From NCBI GenBank assembly GCA_965223855.1, contig CBDCXM010000009.1, positions 2,048,001 through 2,112,000 on the forward strand: a stretch of 64,000 nucleotides of DNA, in the 5' to 3' direction. Of the stretch, positions 30,361 through 40,143 are shown piece by piece. How positions within the stretch are numbered: position 1 is the stretch's first letter; each line of letters starts with the position of its first letter. The DNA is from Candidatus Multivoradales bacterium. GTDB lineage: Bacteria > Acidobacteriota > Thermoanaerobaculia > Multivoradales > JAHEKO01. The notes beneath the pieces are model-generated. The model searched no databases. It saw only the letters and a list, made by a program, of their open reading frames with translations, and was not told the origin of the DNA. The position numbers and the translations under genes were made by a program.

Positions 30361-30848
30361 TAATCGCGGGCTCTAGTGGTCCCTGTTTGCCCCTGATAAT
30401 GACTGCCTGAACCGGCTTCACCATAAGCTACTTCGGGTTCCGATTCCATTCGAATGAAAATCAGTTGAGCGATCCGGCGACCCGCGTCGAGGACGAACGG
30501 CTCCGGACCGAGGTTCTGCAACTCGAGCGTGATCTGCCCCTCGAAGCCGGGATCGCACCAGCCGGCGAGGGAGTGATTGATCCACAGCCTCCCGAGCGTC
30601 GACTTGAGTTTGAGGTCGCAAGCGACGTCGCGGGGGATGCGGACGTACTCGATGCTCGATGCGAGCACCACTTCACCCGGGAAGAGCTTGACGTGAGGAG
30701 CGCTGAAGTCCTCGGGGTCCCGGGTCGGGCAGATCCAGTGGTCTCCGACGCGCAGGTCGTAGCTCGCCGAGTTGACCTGAGCGGTCTCGAAAGGGTCGAC
30801 GCCGCCCTGCTTTCCCCAGCGGCGGATCCAGTGATCCGGCAGGATCAT
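30360..30848 (-). CDS. dcd: dCTP deaminase
   Basis: VNSASYDLRVG, KSTLGR, AGWCDPGFEGQITLEL, YQGQ. Confidence 0.9.
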   Translation of the reverse strand: MILPDHWIRRWGKQGGVDPFETAQVNSASYDLRVGDHWICPTRDPEDFSAPHVKLFPGEVVLASSIEYVRIPRDVACDLKLKSTLGRLWINHSLAGWCDPGFEGQITLELQNLGPEPFVLDAGRRIAQLIFIRMESEPEVAYGEAGSGSHYQGQTGTTRARD

Positions 30849-31825
30849 CAGAACTGGACCGGAGCCGACTCGTCCTCGCGCCGGATCGTGTCGACGAAGC
30901 GGATCGTCCGCTCGGCGAGTGCCATGTAGAGCGTCGAGGTCCGGGAGCCGCCGCCGAAGAACCGCACCCCTTCCATCAGCCGATCTCCGGTCACGGCGCT
31001 GCTGGCGAGCACGATGTCGTCGCCTGGTGCGAGGTCTCGGGTGGAGTAGAGGCGATCGACGTCGTCGATTCCGACCTCCTCGACCCGCCGGCGCTGCTGC
31101 TCGTTGAGCGGCGTCAGACGGGCCTGGATCTCGCCGCCGAGGCAGCGCATGGCGGCCGCGGTGATGACGCCCTCGGGAGCGCCGCCGATCCCCATCACGG
31201 CGTGAATCCCGGTGCCTCGCACCGCCGCGGCGATGCCGGCCGACAGATCGCCGTCGCCGATCAGGCGGATTCGGGCGCCCGCTTCCCTGATGTCGGTGAT
31301 CAGTTCCGCGTGGCGCTCGCGATCGAGCACGACGACCGTCAGGTCGTCGACGTCGCGCTCGAACGCCTCCGCGATGTTGCGCAGGTTCTCCGCTACCGGG
31401 GCGTCGAGGTGCACGCGGCCGCGGGCGGTCGGTCCGACGACGATCTTGTCCATGTAGATGTCGGGGGCGTGGAGAAGGCCGCCCCGCTCCGCGGCCGCGA
31501 GGATCGCCACCGCTCCGGGATCGCCGGTCGCACAGAGGTTCGTACCCTCCAGAGGATCGACCGCGATGTCGATCGCCGGCTGCCCTTCGCCGCCCTGCCC
31601 CAGTTCTTCGCCGACGTAGAGCATCGGCGCCTCGTCGCGTTCCCCCTCGCCGATGACGATGCGGCCGCGCATCGGCAGCTCGCCGAGGGTGCTCCGCATC
31701 GCTTCCACAGCGACATGGTCGGAGTGCGTCCGCCGACCCAGTCCCATGGTGTGGGCCGCGGCGATCGCCGCCTCTTCGGTGACCCGGATCAGGTCCTGCC
31801 CGAGCAACGCGTTGACCGACGTCAC
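30848..31825 (-). CDS. glpX: Class II fructose-1,6-bisphosphatase
   Basis: [37 protein letters not shown]; GTG 31825 overlaps the upstream stop. Confidence 0.92.
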   Translation of the reverse strand: MTSVNALLGQDLIRVTEEAAIAAAHTMGLGRRTHSDHVAVEAMRSTLGELPMRGRIVIGEGERDEAPMLYVGEELGQGGEGQPAIDIAVDPLEGTNLCATGDPGAVAILAAAERGGLLHAPDIYMDKIVVGPTARGRVHLDAPVAENLRNIAEAFERDVDDLTVVVLDRERHAELITDIREAGARIRLIGDGDLSAGIAAAVRGTGIHAVMGIGGAPEGVITAAAMRCLGGEIQARLTPLNEQQRRRVEEVGIDDVDRLYSTRDLAPGDDIVLASSAVTGDRLMEGVRFFGGGSRTSTLYMALAERTIRFVDTIRREDESAPVQF

Positions 31826-33054
31826 GAAGCGGTCTCCACGGGCTCTCGGGCGGGCTTCGCGGCGGCCTCCGGGTGATTCGCCGGCGGGTTGAAGCTCGGG
31901 ATGCCGGTGATCGCCTCGCCGATGATCAGGTTGTGCATGTCGTGGGTACCTTCGTAGGTGTAGACCGACTCGATGTTCATCATGTGCCGGATCACCGGGT
32001 AGTCGTTGACGATCCCGTTGCCGCCGAGAAGCTCTCTCGCGAGCTTCGCGCACTCTCGAGCCACCCAGACGTTGTTGCGCTTGCCGAGCGAGATGTGGAA
32101 GTGCTTGACCTTCCCGGTGTCCTTGAGCCGCCCGATCTGGAGTGCGAGCAGCTGCCCCTTGGTGATCTCACTGACCATCCAGACGAGCTTGTCCTGCACG
32201 AGCTGGTGGCTCGCGATCGGCTGGCCTCCGAACTGGACCCGTTCACCGGCGTAGGTGAGGGCGGTGTGGTAGCAGTCCATCGCCGCGCCGAGACCGCCCC
32301 AGGCGATGCCGTAGCGCGCCTGGTTGAGGCACATGAGCGGGCTCTTGAGCCCGTCCGACTTCGGCAGCAGGTTCTCGGCAGGGATTCGACAGTCCTGGAA
32401 GCCGAGTTCGGAGGTCACGGAGGCGCGCAGAGAATGCTTGCCGTGCTGATCGCGCGAGGTGAAGCCGGGTGTTCCCTTCTCGACGAGGAATCCGCGGATT
32501 CCGTCGTCGGTGCGGGCCCAGACGACCGCGACGTCGGCCAGCGTTCCGCTGGTGATCCACTGTTTGGCGCCGTTGAGCACCCACTCGTCGCCGTCCCGCT
32601 TCGCCGTCGTGCGCATGCCGCCCGGATTCGAACCGAAGTCGGGCTCGGTGAGCCCGAAACAGCCGATCGCTTCGCCCGAGGCGAGCTTCGGAATCCACCG
32701 GTCCTTCTGCTCCCGGGAGCCGAAGGTGTAGATCGGGTACATCACCAGCGAGCTCTGGACCGAGACGAAGCTTCGCAGCCCCGAATCGCCCCGCTCGAGT
32801 TCCTGCATGATCAGGCCGTAGGCGACGTTCGAGAGGCCCGGAAGCCCGTATTCGTCGATCGTCGCTCCGAACAGATCGAGCGCCGCCATGTCGGGCACCA
32901 GCTCGATCGGAAAGCGACCCTCCTCGTAGCAGTCCTCGATGATCGGAGAGATTTTCTCGTCGACGAAGCGGCGGACGGTGTCGCGGGCGAGGCGCTCGTC
33001 CTCGGTCAACAGAGAATCGAATTCCAGGAAATCGACACCCGGGAAACGGCTCAC
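31822..33054 (-). CDS. gcdH: Glutaryl-CoA dehydrogenase-like acyl-CoA dehydrogenase
   Basis: [40 protein letters not shown]; GAGGAGG SD before GTG 33054. Confidence 0.8.
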   Translation of the reverse strand: MSRFPGVDFLEFDSLLTEDERLARDTVRRFVDEKISPIIEDCYEEGRFPIELVPDMAALDLFGATIDEYGLPGLSNVAYGLIMQELERGDSGLRSFVSVQSSLVMYPIYTFGSREQKDRWIPKLASGEAIGCFGLTEPDFGSNPGGMRTTAKRDGDEWVLNGAKQWITSGTLADVAVVWARTDDGIRGFLVEKGTPGFTSRDQHGKHSLRASVTSELGFQDCRIPAENLLPKSDGLKSPLMCLNQARYGIAWGGLGAAMDCYHTALTYAGERVQFGGQPIASHQLVQDKLVWMVSEITKGQLLALQIGRLKDTGKVKHFHISLGKRNNVWVARECAKLARELLGGNGIVNDYPVIRHMMNIESVYTYEGTHDMHNLIIGEAITGIPSFNPPANHPEAAAKPAREPVETAS

Positions 33055-33207
33055 GGGATACCTCCTCGAGTTGGTGGAATCTGGCCTTGCGGAGTCGGTA
33101 CCGCAGAGCAGGTGCCAGGCGAACCGGCGGGGGCGCAGTCTAGCATGCCCTCGCGGCTCCCCGAGGCCGGCTCCAGGTGCCCGAGGGTGCAGTAACATCA
33201 CGCGATC

Positions 33208-33474
33208 ATGGGGTTTGCAGGGGGCAGCGCCTGGGCGATGGCGAGGGACATCGGAGCCGGCCACGTGACAGTCACCCATGCGACGTTCCGCCGAATGCAG
33301 CCGACCGAGATCGACAAGCTCAAGTTCGAGATGACCCGCCTGCTGGCGAGCGTTCGCGGCACCCAGCCGGACCTCGCCGACGGCGACGCCCTGAGGGATC
33401 GCAATCGAAGGATCCAGCGCCTGACCACGGCGCGGCGGGTGATGGACTTCTACCTGGCCGAACGGCGCCGCTGA
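33208..33474 (+). CDS. Small hypothetical protein
   Basis: 88-aa ORF with typical codon bias, preceded by a TAACAT -10 box. Confidence 0.65.
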   Translation: MGFAGGSAWAMARDIGAGHVTVTHATFRRMQPTEIDKLKFEMTRLLASVRGTQPDLADGDALRDRNRRIQRLTTARRVMDFYLAERRR

Positions 33475-33490
33475 CGAAGGCCCCTTCCTC

Positions 33491-34375
33491 TTGCTGCTGC
33501 AGATCGCAACGCTCGTGCTGTCGCTGGGGTGCGCCCTGGCGATCGATCTCCTGTGCCAGCGCTTCGGCCTGACTCCACCGGCCTTCGAGGTGAGTCCCGG
33601 GCGCGAAGACCGGGTGATGGCCGCGACGCTACGCCGCGCGGCGGCGATCGTGCTGCTGACGGTGGTGTGCTGGGTCGGGATCTTCGGCGCTCTGGCGACC
33701 CTCGGGGCCGAGCCGTTGACCGACTTCTCGCAGGTCGGGATCGAGGGGCTTTTTGCGCTGCACTTCGTGTTCGTGGTGGCCGTCGCCCTCTGGTACGCGC
33801 TCGGCTTCGCCGGCTTTCCGGGGCACTCGTGGGTGCGTCAGTTCGGCCTCGCCTCGCCGTCGATCGGCCGCGAGATCGGAGTAGGTCTGCTGGCAGGGCT
33901 GGCGGCCTGGTTCACGGTGCTGGCGATCCTGGTGATGCTGGGGCTGGCGGTGGCCGGCATGGCCGGAGCCGACGCGCTTCCCCAGGAGCCTCCCGCCATG
34001 ATCCCGTGGATCGCCTCGTTGCCGGTGTGGGTCAGAGTGGCGGTCAGCCTCTCGGCCGGCACCTTCGAGGAGCTGTTCTTCCGGGGCTTCCTGCAGCCCC
34101 GCATCGGCATCGCCTTCTCGACCGCGCTTTTCGTCCTGGCGCATGCCAACTACGAGCAGCCGATCATGCTCATCGGAATCGGGTTACTGTCGCTCGTGTT
34201 TGCCGGATTGGTGCGCTGGCGGCAGAATATCTGGCCTGCCATTGCCGCACATGCACTGTTCGATGCCATTCAACTGCTCGCCGTCGTTCCGATGGCGCTT
34301 GACTTCCTCGAAGAGGGCGGTCCCTCGTGGCTGCCCGTCGCCCGGCTAGCCGGCGTCTGGATGGGAGGCACCTGA
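33491..34375 (+). CDS. CPBP (CAAX/Abi) intramembrane metalloprotease
   Basis: EELFFRG, FVLAH, AHALFD motifs; multiple TM helices. Confidence 0.88.
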   Translation: MLLQIATLVLSLGCALAIDLLCQRFGLTPPAFEVSPGREDRVMAATLRRAAAIVLLTVVCWVGIFGALATLGAEPLTDFSQVGIEGLFALHFVFVVAVALWYALGFAGFPGHSWVRQFGLASPSIGREIGVGLLAGLAAWFTVLAILVMLGLAVAGMAGADALPQEPPAMIPWIASLPVWVRVAVSLSAGTFEELFFRGFLQPRIGIAFSTALFVLAHANYEQPIMLIGIGLLSLVFAGLVRWRQNIWPAIAAHALFDAIQLLAVVPMALDFLEEGGPSWLPVARLAGVWMGGT

Positions 34376-34830
34376 TGCAACCACTACCGGAAGTGCACGT
34401 GGCGATCGGAAGTCGCTACGAGAACATCGAGCTCGTGCAGACCGCCGTCGAGGCGTCGCTTCATCTGCTGGCCCTCGACGAGGACACCTCCTACCAGATC
34501 GGCCTGGCGGTGCGCGAAGCGGTGGCGAATGCGATCAAGCACGGCAATCGCGAGGATCCCGCAAAGCGGGTCGAGGTCGATTGCAGCTTCGAGAACGATC
34601 AGGTGGTGGTGAAGGTGCAGGATGAAGGACGGGGGTTCGACCTCGAAGCGCTGCCGGATCCGTTGAATCCCGACAATCTCCTGAGAACGAGTGGTCGCGG
34701 CATTTTCTTCATGAATCAGTTCATGGACGCGATCGACTACACCTTCGGGCCGGAGGGCGGTACGATGGTGACGATGAAGAAGACCATTTCGCCGGCACAG
34801 GAGTCGGCGGGGTCGAGTGAGGAGGAGTGA
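34375..34830 (+). CDS. RsbW-like anti-sigma factor kinase (HATPase_c_2)
   Basis: EAVANAIKHGN, DEGRGFD, SGRGIFFM; TGATG coupling to the CPBP gene. Confidence 0.88.
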   Translation: MQPLPEVHVAIGSRYENIELVQTAVEASLHLLALDEDTSYQIGLAVREAVANAIKHGNREDPAKRVEVDCSFENDQVVVKVQDEGRGFDLEALPDPLNPDNLLRTSGRGIFFMNQFMDAIDYTFGPEGGTMVTMKKTISPAQESAGSSEEE

Positions 34831-35171
34831 AGCTCATGCAGATTAGCGCACGTCATCGCGAAGGTGTCACGATTCTGGATCCGAAGGGCAAGATCACCAT
34901 CGGTGCCGGGGACGTCGCGCTCCGCGAAGCGGTGAACGAGGCTCTGGAAGCCGGTTCGAAGAAGATTCTGATCAACCTGAGCGGGGTTTCGACCTGCGAC
35001 TCCTCCGGTATCGGCGAGATGGTGGCTGCGTTCACCACGGTCAAGAACCGGGGGGGCGAGCTCAAGCTGTGCGAGCTGTCGTCCAAGGTGTCGGACGTGC
35101 TGCAGATCACTCAGCTCATCACGGTCTTCGAGGTCTTCGACAGCGAGGACGAGGCGATCGCCTCCTTCTGA
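34827..35171 (+). CDS. STAS-domain anti-sigma factor antagonist (RsbV/SpoIIAA-like)
   Basis: CDSSGIG phosphoacceptor motif, LQITQLITVF; GAGGAG SD. Confidence 0.88.
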   Translation: MKLMQISARHREGVTILDPKGKITIGAGDVALREAVNEALEAGSKKILINLSGVSTCDSSGIGEMVAAFTTVKNRGGELKLCELSSKVSDVLQITQLITVFEVFDSEDEAIASF

Positions 35172-35216
35172 GACTTCCGCTACCTGATTTGCCGCGGCGG
35201 GCGGGGGAGTCTCGAC

Positions 35217-36791
35217 TCAGTCGGCCGGGTCTTCCGCGGGCTTGCCCCAGCTCGCCTTCCTGAGGCTGTAGAGCTCGCCGCTGAGGTAGTTGCGATACCC
35301 CTCGAGGCGGGTGGGGTGGATGGCAACGTTCATCTTGCTCAGCAGGCTGATGAACGGCGCTTCCTCGGCGAAGATCTCCTGCGCCCGCAGGTAGTGCGGG
35401 CGCCGGTCCTCGGTGGCGACCGCGGCCGCCCCGTCCTCGAGCAACCGATCGAACTCGGGGTTGCCGTAGCCGCCCCGGTTGAAACCGCCCGGGGGCACAC
35501 TCTTCGAGTGCAGCAGGAGGGCGAAGATGTCGGGGTCTACGATACCGGTCTGGGTGAGACTGAAGAGTTCGAAGTTGCCCTGCTTGACGTCGTTGTAGAA
35601 GGTCGCGAACTCGAAGGAGCGCACCTCGATCGCCACCCCCACCGCGGCGAGCATCGACTGGATCGCCTGTGCCTGAAGGACGCCCGTCTGGTCCGTCGAA
35701 GTCTTGTAGGTGACGGCGAAGCGCGGCTGCGGTCCGTCGCCGTCCGGGTCCTTCCATCCAGCTTCGTCGAGGAGCCTGCGAGCCCCCTGGGGATCGAAGG
35801 GTGCCGTCGGCAGTTCCTCGTGGTGGGCCCAGTGCCCGGCCGGGATCGGCGTGTCGCCGACGCGGCCCAATCCCTGCCACAACGAGGCGACGATCTGCTC
35901 CCTGTCGATCGCCATCCGCAGCGCCCGCCGGACACGCGCGTCGGAAAGGGGGCCCTCGCGGACGTTGATCCCGAGGTAGACCCAGTTGGATCCCGGATCG
36001 ACGTCGACCGCGAAACGCGAGTCTTCGCGGAAGCCGCCGACCGAGTCCGGGTTGAGTCCGTTGACGACGAGGTGGGTCGACCCCTTGCGCAGCTCGAGCT
36101 CGCGAACGGTCGCATCCGGAACCTGCTTGAGGACCACCCGGTCGAGCGCCGGCCGCCCCTCCCAGGCATCGTCGAACGCCTCGACGACGACCCGGTCGGG
36201 ATTCGCCTCTACGAAGCGGAACGCTCCCGTGCCGACCGGATGTCGATTCATCGCGTCGGGCGATTCACCCCGCGGGATGATGCCGAGGTAGGTCGTCAGG
36301 TTCACCAGCATCGCCCCGTAGGACTGGCTCATGTGGAAATCGACGATCCTCTCGTCGATCTTCTCGACCCTCTCGAGTTGCGCGAAGGCGCCGGTCTTCG
36401 GCGTCGTGACGGTGCCGTCGAGCATCGACTGGAAGGTCCACACGACGTCGTCGGCGCCGAACGGGCGGCCGTCGTGGAACGCGACGCCGTCCCGCAGGTG
36501 AAAGCGGTACCGGAGGCCGTCGTCGAGGATCTCCCACGACTCGGCCAGGGAAGGGCCCAGACTGCCGTCCGGGAGCTTGTCGACGAGTCCGTTCAGCACC
36601 AGCTCGAAGACCCGGGCGGAGCTCTGGTCGGTAGCGACCCTGGGGTCGAGGTGGATCGGTGGATTCTCGAGAGCGACGACGACCTCGTTCGCTGGGACGT
36701 CGGTCGAGGTCGGGCTCGAGCACGCCCACGGGAGCGCCCCCGCTGCGAGAAGGAAGAGGGCCGACAGCCGTTGCTTTGCTACGATCTTCAA
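35217..36791 (-). CDS. ABC transporter substrate-binding lipoprotein (family 5, peptide/nickel)
   Basis: GGAGG SD then TTG 36791; lipobox-like LPWAC; LAESWE, FHDG, PVGTGAF, VRRAL. Confidence 0.85.
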   Translation of the reverse strand: MKIVAKQRLSALFLLAAGALPWACSSPTSTDVPANEVVVALENPPIHLDPRVATDQSSARVFELVLNGLVDKLPDGSLGPSLAESWEILDDGLRYRFHLRDGVAFHDGRPFGADDVVWTFQSMLDGTVTTPKTGAFAQLERVEKIDERIVDFHMSQSYGAMLVNLTTYLGIIPRGESPDAMNRHPVGTGAFRFVEANPDRVVVEAFDDAWEGRPALDRVVLKQVPDATVRELELRKGSTHLVVNGLNPDSVGGFREDSRFAVDVDPGSNWVYLGINVREGPLSDARVRRALRMAIDREQIVASLWQGLGRVGDTPIPAGHWAHHEELPTAPFDPQGARRLLDEAGWKDPDGDGPQPRFAVTYKTSTDQTGVLQAQAIQSMLAAVGVAIEVRSFEFATFYNDVKQGNFELFSLTQTGIVDPDIFALLLHSKSVPPGGFNRGGYGNPEFDRLLEDGAAAVATEDRRPHYLRAQEIFAEEAPFISLLSKMNVAIHPTRLEGYRNYLSGELYSLRKASWGKPAEDPAD

Positions 36792-36839
36792 GGTGCCTCC
36801 GTGGTGGTTCGACCGGCGCAAGATACTAGCAATCCGCGG

Positions 36840-37952
36840 TTGCCGTTCCGCGTGTGCGTCGGCGCACTGATCCTGCTGATCGCCGGCGCAACCGCTGCCG
36901 ATACCGCAGCTGTCGATTCGGACTCGGAGTTCGACGCCATCAGGATTCGGGTGGAGGAGCTCGAGGAGCGTCTCGCGAGCATCCGCGAGCGCAAGAGCGG
37001 GCTCGTCGGCGAGCTCGTGGAGGCCGACTACGAGCTCGAGCTGCAGCGCGGACGCCTCGCGGAGTCGGGGCGCCGGCTCGAACGTGCCCGCGGCACCTTC
37101 GAAGCGCTCCAGGTCGAGACCGGAGAGTTGGAGCGTCGGCTCGAGGCGGTCCGTTCGAGCATCGTGCGGCGGACTCGAGGCCTCTACCTGATGGGCGGGC
37201 GCGGCGCCCTGCGACTCCTGCTGTCGGCTCGCTCGGGGGATTCGGCGATGCCGGCCCTGCGGGCGCTGCGGTATCTCCTGCGCAGGGATGCGGAGCTGCG
37301 CAAGACCTTGCGAAGCACGGAACTCGAGCTCGGGCGCAAGCTCGTCGCCATCGAAGTCCAGCAGAGGACGATCCTCGCGCTCATGGCAGAGGAGCGTTCC
37401 CGACTCGAGAGTCTCACCGGCCTCCGGGAACGACGATCCCGTCTTCTTGCCGAGGTCGAGAGGAGGGAGGTGCTGGTCGCGGCGGAGGTGGCGGGCTGGG
37501 CAGAGCGTGAGCAGCGCCTCGGCGATCTCCTCGACGGCGTCGACCTGACAGCGGCGGGGCTGGGAGGGCGGGAGATCCAGGAGTTCAAGGGGGTGCTCGA
37601 CAGACCGATGACCGGCACCGTGATTCGGGGCTTCGGGCCGCAGCGGGATCCGCGATACGCCACCGAGGTGCCCCACAACGGCCTTCGTTTCTCCGGCCTC
37701 GAGGGAGAGAGGGTCCGGGTCGTCTATCCGGGGAGGGTGCTCTACGCCGAGTCGCTCGAGGGGTACGGGCCGACCGTCGTGGTGCAGCACCCGGGTCGGG
37801 TGTTCACCCTCTACGCCGGTCTCGAGCGGCTTTCCGTCGTCAGCGATGAGTTACTATCCATCGGCCAGGAAATCGGAGTCTCCGACGGCGGGTTGTACTT
37901 CGAAGTGAGGGTCGACAATCGCGCCGTCGATCCCGAGCCATGGATCCGATGA
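36840..37952 (+). CDS. envC: EnvC-like murein hydrolase activator (coiled coil plus degenerate M23/LytM)
   Basis: Signal peptide, long coiled coil, HNGLR and GLYFEVR..AVDP..W; start approximate. Confidence 0.75.
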   Translation: MPFRVCVGALILLIAGATAADTAAVDSDSEFDAIRIRVEELEERLASIRERKSGLVGELVEADYELELQRGRLAESGRRLERARGTFEALQVETGELERRLEAVRSSIVRRTRGLYLMGGRGALRLLLSARSGDSAMPALRALRYLLRRDAELRKTLRSTELELGRKLVAIEVQQRTILALMAEERSRLESLTGLRERRSRLLAEVERREVLVAAEVAGWAEREQRLGDLLDGVDLTAAGLGGREIQEFKGVLDRPMTGTVIRGFGPQRDPRYATEVPHNGLRFSGLEGERVRVVYPGRVLYAESLEGYGPTVVVQHPGRVFTLYAGLERLSVVSDELLSIGQEIGVSDGGLYFEVRVDNRAVDPEPWIR

Positions 37953-39124
37953 AGCCTTCCCGCCAGAGCGTCCGCAGCCGGCTGCTGTTCATGCTGGTCT
38001 CCCTGTTGTGCCTCGCTCCCTTCGCCGCGGGCGCACTGCTCGGAGCCTCCGACGACAAGGACGACTCTCTCTTCAAGCAGCTCTCGGTGCTGTCCGAAGT
38101 ACTGACGCTGATCCAGCGGACCTACGTGGAGGAGGTCTCGATCCCGGGACTGCTCGAAGGCGCCCTCGAAGGGGCGACCGACGGGCTCGACCCGCTCTCG
38201 ACGTTCGTGCCCGCCGAGAAGGTCGAGGGTTTCCGGGCGGCGCGTGCCATCGGCACCGGTCGCAGCGGGATGCAGCTCGCCAAGGATCGCGGGATCGCCT
38301 ACGCGGTCGCGGTCGAACGCGGGAGTCCGGCTGAACAGGCGGGGATCGAGTCCGGAGACGTGATCGCCGCGATCGATGGCCGCTCCACGCGCCATCTCGA
38401 GCTGTGGCGAATCCAGTCGATGCTGGCAGGAGACATCGGCACCCTGCTGGACCTCGAGCTTCTTCGCAACGGACGCACCGTCGAGGCGAAGCTCGAGCTC
38501 GGCGAGTTCGAGAGGGTCGCCACGAGTCTCGACACCGCGCCGGCGGTTCCGGTCCTGACGTTCTCGCGGCTCGACGAGCTCGCGGTCGGCGAAGCGCGCG
38601 ATTCGCTGGCGGCGCTGGAGGCGGCAGGCACCCGGAGCCTCGTCGTCGATCTACGCGGCATCGCCGGGGGCGACAGCGAGGCGGCCTTCAGAATTGCCGG
38701 GCTGACCACCGGCGGCAGGCTGGGAGCCCTCGTTCATCGGGACGAGGAACTCCGGAGCTTCGACAACGACCTTCCGGCCGTCTGGCAGGGCGAGATTGCG
38801 GTGCTGATCGACGGCGGGACACAGGGCGCCGCCGAGGTGCTGACGAGGGTGTGGCAGCAGTCGCGAGGCGCTACGCTCGTTGGAACTGCGACCTTCGGTC
38901 TGGCCGGGACGCAGGGCGAGATCGAGCTGCCGAGCGGTGGCATGGTCGTCACCACCCGCCAGCTCTATGCCGGACCCGATGGAGAGGTCATCGTCGACCG
39001 CATCCTGCCCGACGAGATCGTCCGCCGGTTTCCGGGCACGGAGCAGGAGGGCGTGGAGCCGGAAGATCGTGCTCTGACGCGGGCGATCGAGCTGTTGGCC
39101 GAGCCGGTGCAGAAGGCGGCCTGA
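37940..39124 (+). CDS. S41/CtpA-like PDZ protein lacking the catalytic Ser/Lys
   Basis: LDPLSTF, PDZ GSPAEQAGIESGD, DLRGIAGG; TQGAAE and TFGLA at the catalytic positions. Confidence 0.8.
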   Translation: MDPMKPSRQSVRSRLLFMLVSLLCLAPFAAGALLGASDDKDDSLFKQLSVLSEVLTLIQRTYVEEVSIPGLLEGALEGATDGLDPLSTFVPAEKVEGFRAARAIGTGRSGMQLAKDRGIAYAVAVERGSPAEQAGIESGDVIAAIDGRSTRHLELWRIQSMLAGDIGTLLDLELLRNGRTVEAKLELGEFERVATSLDTAPAVPVLTFSRLDELAVGEARDSLAALEAAGTRSLVVDLRGIAGGDSEAAFRIAGLTTGGRLGALVHRDEELRSFDNDLPAVWQGEIAVLIDGGTQGAAEVLTRVWQQSRGATLVGTATFGLAGTQGEIELPSGGMVVTTRQLYAGPDGEVIVDRILPDEIVRRFPGTEQEGVEPEDRALTRAIELLAEPVQKAA

Positions 39125-39158
39125 CGGCCCGCCGATCCCGAGTTTCCGACCGAAGCGG

Positions 39159-40139
39159 ATGGCGAGACGGCGCAAGAGGAGACGTGCGGCCCGGGGCCGG
39201 TGGGTGCTGCTCGTCCTGCCGCTGGTGGTCGCCGTGATCGCAGGCTACCTGTGGGGTCGCAGAGCCGAGCGGGCCGCCGGCCTCGATGCGACGGTGGAGG
39301 CGGTCACGACCCGGAAAGAGCCCGCGTCGCCGACCGTCACCCGCAGTCCTGACGCCAAGCCATCGCGCGGCGAAAGCGAGGTGGCCGGCGAAGCCGATAG
39401 CGAGAAGGCCCCCTTCCCCCGGCGCCCCCTCGTCACCGTCGAGCCGGGGGCGGCGCGGATCGCTCTGGTGATCGACGATCTCGGTCGCCGACCGAGCGAC
39501 GTCAGCCGGATGGAGGCGCTCGCCGTCGACTGGACCGCAGCGGTGCTGCCATTCGAGTCCCGGACGGCCGAGGTCGTCGCCGACCTCAGAGCAGCCGGTG
39601 TCGAGTTCCTGTGCCACCTTCCGATGGAGCCGCGATCTGCAACCGGCGAAGCCGACCCCGGCCCCGGCGCGCTCAGGGCCGGCATGACTGCGGACGAACT
39701 GGCTCGTGCCACGCGCGACGCGCTCGCGGCGGTACCGGGTGCCCTGGGCGTCAACAATCACATGGGCTCGGCGCTGTCGGCCGATCGGGCCTCCATGGTG
39801 CCGATCCTGGGCGAGATCGCCTCCAGGGGACTGTTCTTCGTCGACTCCCGCACCAGCGCCGAGAGCGTCGGCTTCCGTCTGGCGCTCGAGCTGGGGGTGC
39901 CGACGGCGGAGCGTCAGGTGTTTCTCGACGCCGATCCGGCGGCCGACGCCGTCGCCGAGCAGTTTCACCGACTGCTGGACGTCGCGCGAACCCGCGGAGC
40001 GGCGTTGGCGATCGGTCATCCGCGGGAAGTCACCTTCGCCACACTCGAGCGCGAGATTCCGAAGGCTCTTGCCGCCGGATTCGAGTTCGTGCCGGCAAGC
40101 TACCTGCTGGAACGTCGCGCCCGGGACGTGGGAGAGTAG
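39159..40139 (+). CDS. Divergent polysaccharide deacetylase (YibQ family)
   Basis: IALVIDDLG, HLPMEP, GVNNHMGS, FVDSRT, AIGHP. Confidence 0.88.
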   Translation: MARRRKRRRAARGRWVLLVLPLVVAVIAGYLWGRRAERAAGLDATVEAVTTRKEPASPTVTRSPDAKPSRGESEVAGEADSEKAPFPRRPLVTVEPGAARIALVIDDLGRRPSDVSRMEALAVDWTAAVLPFESRTAEVVADLRAAGVEFLCHLPMEPRSATGEADPGPGALRAGMTADELARATRDALAAVPGALGVNNHMGSALSADRASMVPILGEIASRGLFFVDSRTSAESVGFRLALELGVPTAERQVFLDADPAADAVAEQFHRLLDVARTRGAALAIGHPREVTFATLEREIPKALAAGFEFVPASYLLERRARDVGE

Positions 40140-40143
40140 CGCC

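Noticed and set aside
35217-37952. Two overlapping ~860-880 aa ORFs on opposite strands
   Set aside because: Each is a real gene extended by the antisense shadow of its divergent neighbour; true starts are near 36791 and 36840
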